A DNA stretch of 64,000 bases. It comes from Candidatus Uhrbacteria bacterium. GTDB taxonomy: Bacteria; Patescibacteriota; Patescibacteriia; UBA9934; GWF2-40-263. Numbering within the stretch: position 1 is the first letter of the stretch; every line of letters starts with the position of its first letter. Location: positions 65,459-129,458 of the forward strand of contig JAERTI010000055.1 of NCBI GenBank assembly GCA_016844925.1. Reading direction: 5' to 3'. Made by a program: the position numbers and the translations under genes. The notes below the pieces were generated by a model that ran no database searches, was not told the DNA's origin, and was given only the letters and a program-made list of their open reading frames with translations. This document shows positions 59,135 through 64,000 of the stretch, piece after piece.

Positions 59135-60199
59135 ATGAAACACCGCAACCTCTTCACTCCCCTGATCGCTCTGACAACCCTCTTGCTGGGCCTCTCTTTT
59201 AGTGGCACGGCCTTGGCTGAATCAAAGTTCCTCACCCCAAAGATGTCCGTGGACATCCCTGACCTGAAATTTACGGAGATTGTCCAAGAAGGAACCTCTC
59301 TTCAAATCAACTACCTGGCCGATTACATCTCCGCTATCTATCTTTGGTTGATAGGTTCTGCGACACTCATCGCCATTGTCATGATCATGATTGGTGGCCT
59401 GCAATGGACACTCTCTGGTGGATCCATCATGGGCGATGGTGGAAAAAGCTCAGCCTCTGCCGCTAAGACACGAATTAAGAATGCCGTCATTGGCCTGGTT
59501 CTGCTCATGTCTACGTACATGATTCTGTTCATTGTGAATCCCAACTTGGTTCGACTCGCGTTCCCAGAACTTGAAGCCATCCCTCTTGTGGATCTCCCAA
59601 ATGAATCAGGTACAAACCTGGAAGACTACGAGTGGGCTGAATCTACGGCCGTCAGCAACGGAGCCAACGGATGGAACGATGTAGTCATGTATAACCAGAA
59701 GAGCTATGAATCGACCCCTTACGGCGTCTGTGGAAACGTAAAGACCTCTGGTTGTGGTGTTGCCTCCTATGCTATGGCTGCCTCACATCTCTCTGGCACG
59801 GAAGTGAAACCAGACGAGGTGGCCGCTAGATTTGCCGATGAAGGTTACCGTGTATGCGCTGAAGGTACTGAACCAAACCCAGAAGGCCCCTGCAGTACCT
59901 GCCAAGGAACAGCAGCAGCCGCATTCTTCCAGTCTAGCTACCGATCTGAACTTGGCATCGAGGGGAACTACATCGGACACACGCAAGCAGACATCACGAC
60001 AGCGCTCGATGCGGGTCAACTCGTCATTATTTCTTACAGAACAAAAGGTGGTGGTGGTCACTATGTGGTCATTACCGGCTATGATGAAGACGGAAATGTT
60101 CTGGTAAATAACCCTTGGGGAGGCACAAAAGAAAAACGAAGCTGGAGCCAGATCACCAGTACGATTAAATCCGCTACAGCCATTCGAAAATCAAGCTAG
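59135..60199 (+). CDS. Secreted/membrane-anchored papain-like (C39-like) peptidase
   Basis: Its N-terminal module is paralogous to the preceding gene. The Cys motif CGVASYAMA and the His motif GGGGHYVVITGYD are present. Confidence 0.5.
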   Translation: MKHRNLFTPLIALTTLLLGLSFSGTALAESKFLTPKMSVDIPDLKFTEIVQEGTSLQINYLADYISAIYLWLIGSATLIAIVMIMIGGLQWTLSGGSIMGDGGKSSASAAKTRIKNAVIGLVLLMSTYMILFIVNPNLVRLAFPELEAIPLVDLPNESGTNLEDYEWAESTAVSNGANGWNDVVMYNQKSYESTPYGVCGNVKTSGCGVASYAMAASHLSGTEVKPDEVAARFADEGYRVCAEGTEPNPEGPCSTCQGTAAAAFFQSSYRSELGIEGNYIGHTQADITTALDAGQLVIISYRTKGGGGHYVVITGYDEDGNVLVNNPWGGTKEKRSWSQITSTIKSATAIRKSS

Positions 60200-60200
60200 T

Positions 60201-61508
60201 ATGTTCGTCTGTACAAACTGTGATGCCCAGTCAGCCAAGTGGGCAGGAAAATGCATGGAGTGTGACAAATGGGGCACGCTGCAAAAACAGGAGGAGGTCC
60301 GCTTAAGCGGTCCTCTTAAGTCTGTAAAAGTAACAGCAGGTACCAGCAAGCCACTCAAGGATGTTGGTAAACAAAACGAACACGACCGCATCAGCACAGG
60401 CGACGGCGAGACCGACCGCGTCCTGGGCGGCGGAATCGTCCGCGGATCTCTCGTCCTGCTCTCTGGTGAACCCGGCATTGGAAAGTCGACCCTCGTGGCG
60501 GCCATTGCTGGTTCGATTAAAGAGACCGTCTTGTATGTATCCGGCGAGGAATCCCCTACACAACTTGCAGCACGATTCGCACGACTGGGTAAATCTGTCG
60601 ATTCTGTCCGTGTCCTCGACCCCCTCCCGATTGAAACTCTCGTCGCTACGATTGAGAAAGAAGCCCCCGCCCTCGTGGTCGTCGATTCTGTTCAGACACT
60701 CTCCTCTTCACAGCTCGACTCCACCGCAGGCTCCCCCACCCTCGTGCGCTACGCCACCTCCCTCCTGCTCGACCTCGCCAAGCGCACAAACATCTCCGTC
60801 CTGCTGGTAGGCCAAGTCACCAAGGACGGCTCCATCGCCGGCCCTAAGACCCTAGAGCACCTGGTCGATGCCGTCGTGAACCTAGAGGGAGATCCCGTCC
60901 ACGCCTACCGCATGCTCCGCGCCAGTAAGAACCGCTTCGGCGCCACAGATGAGATCGGTGTGTTCGAGATGAAACAAGAAGGCCTCGTGGCAGTACCAAA
61001 CCCATCCGAGAGATTCTTGGCAGAGAGGTCCAACACCCCAGGCTCTGTCATAGCCGCCATGGTAGAGGGCTCACGAGTCTTCTTAGTCGAGGTCCAGGCC
61101 CTCGTAGAAAAAAGCAGCTACGGCACCCCAGTCCGCCGCGCAAGTGGCTTTGACCAAGGACGCCTACAAATGCTCATCGCCATCCTCTCAAAACGCGCCG
61201 GCCTAAAACTCGGCGAGATGGATGTCTACATCAACGTCATAGGAGGTATGAAACTCACCGAACCAGGAGCCGACCTAGCTGTCTGCGCCGCAATCAACGG
61301 CGCATTCAAAAACACCGTCGACGAAGCCGCAACGGTGTACATGGGTGAAGTTGGATTGGGGGGTGAAGTGCGGTCCGTGCCTATGATCGAGAAAAGGTTG
61401 GTAGAAATAGCCCGGCTGGGATTACCACGAGCAGCAGTGCCAGCGAAGAGTCGAGGAAAGAGTAAAGGACTGGAGATTGTGAAGGTTGGAAACGTGAAAG
61501 AGTTTTAA
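60201..61508 (+). CDS. radA: DNA repair protein RadA
   Basis: It has an N-terminal zinc finger, the Walker A motif GEPGIGKST and a Lon-like C-terminal domain. Confidence 0.9.
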   Translation: MFVCTNCDAQSAKWAGKCMECDKWGTLQKQEEVRLSGPLKSVKVTAGTSKPLKDVGKQNEHDRISTGDGETDRVLGGGIVRGSLVLLSGEPGIGKSTLVAAIAGSIKETVLYVSGEESPTQLAARFARLGKSVDSVRVLDPLPIETLVATIEKEAPALVVVDSVQTLSSSQLDSTAGSPTLVRYATSLLLDLAKRTNISVLLVGQVTKDGSIAGPKTLEHLVDAVVNLEGDPVHAYRMLRASKNRFGATDEIGVFEMKQEGLVAVPNPSERFLAERSNTPGSVIAAMVEGSRVFLVEVQALVEKSSYGTPVRRASGFDQGRLQMLIAILSKRAGLKLGEMDVYINVIGGMKLTEPGADLAVCAAINGAFKNTVDEAATVYMGEVGLGGEVRSVPMIEKRLVEIARLGLPRAAVPAKSRGKSKGLEIVKVGNVKEF

Positions 61509-61537
61509 ATAGAAAAACACCCTTATGCGAAGGGTGT
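61509..61537. terminator. Bidirectional terminator (acaccctt-cgcat-aagggtgt)
   Basis: The hairpin has flanking A/T runs. Confidence 0.6.
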
Positions 61538-62248
61538 TTATTTCAACTCATCAAGAAAACGAGGATATTTACTCAGATCTATTGCCTTTGCAAACTCAGA
61601 AACCCTATAAGTTCTCTCCATTATTTCTGGTTCTTTTTCTCCGTCTATAGATTCTTGTACACATTCTTCATCCACCAATCTTCGAGACTCAAAATTCTGG
61701 TATACAATTCCCACAATCTCATTTAGAGAATTCAATATTGGACTGCCAGACATTCCAGGAACCGATGAAAAACTAACTTCTAGATAATGTTGAGCGGGAG
61801 TATCTAAATCGAAGGCCGTTCTCACTAAGTAGCCTTTCAGAAACCGAGGTCTAAGGAATATTTTAAAATCTGAATTAAAAGCCTCGGGAAAACTATAGTT
61901 AGTGTAATCATCCCCCAACACCTTTTCTTCTCTTAAATCTAAAGCTAAAGGTTGATATAAATTAGAACAACTCTCTGAGACTCGTGCTAAGGCAAGGTCA
62001 ACGTGTTCATGATATTTTATGTCCGTTAAACCACATAACCTTTCTTTTCCTTGAGAGTAGACTGTTCCACATATACTCGCCGGGTAACTTTTGGCTGAAC
62101 GCAACACATGTGCGCATGTAAGGACCAAACCGGAACCTATATATACACCTGTACCAAGAAGATCTATTTTTTCTATTTCCCCCGGAGGCCCTGGACTCAC
62201 ATCAACAATCGGAAATATACTTTCACCAATAGAATGAATATTAATCAT
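61538..62248 (-). CDS. Trypsin-like (S1/PA clan) serine protease without signal peptide; low-GC insert
   Basis: The His motif is TCAHVL and the Ser motif is GMSGSPIL. The gene is about 37% GC against about 52% in the backbone. Confidence 0.65.
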   Translation of the reverse strand: MINIHSIGESIFPIVDVSPGPPGEIEKIDLLGTGVYIGSGLVLTCAHVLRSAKSYPASICGTVYSQGKERLCGLTDIKYHEHVDLALARVSESCSNLYQPLALDLREEKVLGDDYTNYSFPEAFNSDFKIFLRPRFLKGYLVRTAFDLDTPAQHYLEVSFSSVPGMSGSPILNSLNEIVGIVYQNFESRRLVDEECVQESIDGEKEPEIMERTYRVSEFAKAIDLSKYPRFLDELK

Positions 62249-62253
62249 ACTAA

Positions 62254-64000
62254 TTACTCCAAATGAACCTTATCAAAACTCTTCTCTACCCTCTCCTTCA
62301 CTAATGGATGTTTTTCTAAATCTGAATCTACTTCCAGAAGCTCTGCGGCCCTATCGCGGGCTTTTTTCATTATATCGACGTCAGCTGGGGTGGCGAGGGT
62401 GAAGTCTGGGAAGCCGGACTGGGCGTTGCCGAAGACGTTTCCTGGGCCTCGTAGTAGCAAGTCCTTCTCGGCAAGCTCAAAGCCGTTCGTGCTCTCAACC
62501 ATCGCCTGCAACCGTGCCTCACTATTCTCAGAAAGACTGTCTGGTAACAGATAGCAGTAGGACTGAATGTCAGATCGACCCACGCGACCCCTTAGCTGAT
62601 GCAGCTGCGCGAGACCGAAACGCTCGGCGCCGACGATGACCATGACCGTTGCGCCGGGGATGTCTACTCCTACCTCGATCACCGTTGTAGAGACCAGGAC
62701 GTCTATCTTTCCTGCGCGGAACTTCTCAATAGTCTTTTCTTTTTCGTCTGGTTTTAACCTGCCATGAAGTGTCTCAATCTTGAGGCCCTTGAGGGCTCCC
62801 CCTGAGAGCTCCTTGGCCACCTCGCTGACAGACTTAGCACCAAGCTTGTCAGACGGGTCGATGAGCGGGCAGACCACGAATGTCTGCTGGCCCTGCTCGA
62901 TGAGCCCGCGAACATGGCCCCACATCCCCTCTTGCTGTGGCTGTGGTACCAAAGCTGTCGCAACCGGCAAGCGACCCGGCGGCATCTGGTCGAGTACGGA
63001 AAGATCGAGGTCGCCGTAGATCGACAGCGCGAGTGAGCGTGGGATAGGTGTAGCGGTCATGGAGAGCAGGTGCGGCGCTGGACCGTCGCCTGTGTCGAGG
63101 AGTGCGTGGCGCTGCTCTACGCCAAAGCGGTGCTGCTCGTCGACAACAATAAGGCCAACATTGGGAATCGAGATGCGGTCCTGAAGGAGCGCGTGTGTAC
63201 CAACAATAATCTGCGGCGTCTCGACGTTGCTCGACGAATATTCAAAGAGACTCTTATCAACATCCTGATCCCCAACTTTCGACATCGTTCGTGTTAGCAA
63301 ACCCACTGGCTCATCCAGGAATACTGAGAGGGCTGCGTGTTGTTGGGCAGCGAGAATCTCGGTCGGAGCCAGATACACAGCGTTGTACCCAGCCGCATTC
63401 ACACTCTTAATCGCTGCGGCAGCGACAACAGATTTTCCTGCTCCCACATCTCCTTCAAGCAAACGGTTCATAGGGTGAGGCTTATCTAGATCCTGCACAA
63501 TCTCCCAAACAGCTTTACGCTGGGCGCCCGTAAGCTCAAACGGCAGGCCGCTGACAAACGTCTTGAGCAAATCCTCATCAAGAGGGATCGGATGTGCCTT
63601 GGCGAGCGTTCTATCAGAGCGCACGCGGGCGAACATCATCTGGTGTAAGAAAAGCTCGTCAAACTTGAGTCGAACAATCGCGCGATCTAGTTCTTCTCGA
63701 GACTCAGGAAAGTGCACCCCCTTGAGGGCCTCTGTTAATCCAAGCATGGACTCTTTCTCAAGAATCTCCGCTGGCATCCAGTCCACCATCTCTTCTGCCG
63801 CAGGGAGCGCGGCACGAATAGCGTCACGCAAGCGTCGCATCGTGATCGATCCTGTCAGACCGTACACCGGCACAATGCGGCCGGTGTGCGTTGATGTGCT
63901 TCCCTTCTCGATGATTGGGTTCACCATGGAGAGGCCGTAGCGATCACTAATCCGGCCAGCGAGCGAAAGCTTGGCTCCGGGCCTGAGCGTCTTCTCAAGA
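62254..64000 (-). CDS. recG: ATP-dependent DNA helicase RecG (partial; N-terminus beyond the window)
   Basis: Helicase motifs GDVGAGKS and DEQHRFGV are present. The reading frame stays open upstream of the first ATG to the window edge. Confidence 0.85.
   Translation of the reverse strand, partial: LEKTLRPGAKLSLAGRISDRYGLSMVNPIIEKGSTSTHTGRIVPVYGLTGSITMRRLRDAIRAALPAAEEMVDWMPAEILEKESMLGLTEALKGVHFPESREELDRAIVRLKFDELFLHQMMFARVRSDRTLAKAHPIPLDEDLLKTFVSGLPFELTGAQRKAVWEIVQDLDKPHPMNRLLEGDVGAGKSVVAAAAIKSVNAAGYNAVYLAPTEILAAQQHAALSVFLDEPVGLLTRTMSKVGDQDVDKSLFEYSSSNVETPQIIVGTHALLQDRISIPNVGLIVVDEQHRFGVEQRHALLDTGDGPAPHLLSMTATPIPRSLALSIYGDLDLSVLDQMPPGRLPVATALVPQPQQEGMWGHVRGLIEQGQQTFVVCPLIDPSDKLGAKSVSEVAKELSGGALKGLKIETLHGRLKPDEKEKTIEKFRAGKIDVLVSTTVIEVGVDIPGATVMVIVGAERFGLAQLHQLRGRVGRSDIQSYCYLLPDSLSENSEARLQAMVESTNGFELAEKDLLLRGPGNVFGNAQSGFPDFTLATPADVDIMKKARDRAAELLEVDSDLEKHPLVKERVEKSFDKVHLE

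Overview
The backbone is about 50-52% GC and reads as a small-genome, CPR/Saccharibacteria-like bacterium. This is inferred from gene content (secE-nusG-rplK-rplA, pheST, miaBA, dnaE, gyrB, aaRS genes), weak or absent Shine-Dalgarno sequences on native genes, and many hypothetical envelope proteins. The core genes are annotated below.

The most striking signal is a set of at least eight short high-GC islands inserted at intergenic sites. Their GC3 is about 90% in actinobacterial style, against roughly 50% in the host.
- Each island is a self-contained cassette: a near-consensus TTGACA-N17-TAnnnT promoter, a canonical AAGGAGG-type RBS (unlike host genes), an ORFan CDS and a rho-independent terminator.
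- One island (9.4-12.7 kb) carries a 540-aa protein with an IS110-family HhH motif (TGVGPAIAGRLISAIGNIERF) plus a zinc ribbon. It is flanked by three diverged copies of a structured noncoding module (C5-GCTCAAC...GTTGAGC-C5 hairpin plus a CCCCACCCT...AGGGTGG-T terminator). This is a candidate recombinase with bridge-RNA-like ncRNA.

Other notable items:
- a 0.9 kb GC-rich ORF-free segment full of tetraloop hairpins at the window start;
- a putative Thr T-box leader upstream of thrS;
- a dCMP deaminase fused to a nucleoside 2-deoxyribosyltransferase-like domain, sitting in a dcd/DHFR/thyA/tmk cluster;
- an envelope operon (LEA-like repeat protein, TolB-like, DsbA, and M23 and C39-like hydrolases that share an N-terminal membrane module);
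- a low-GC single-gene insert encoding a cytoplasmic trypsin-like protease between radA and recG;
- a candidate sRNA with its own promoter and terminator near 47.0-47.17 kb.

No CRISPR array, tRNA, rRNA or prophage was recognised.
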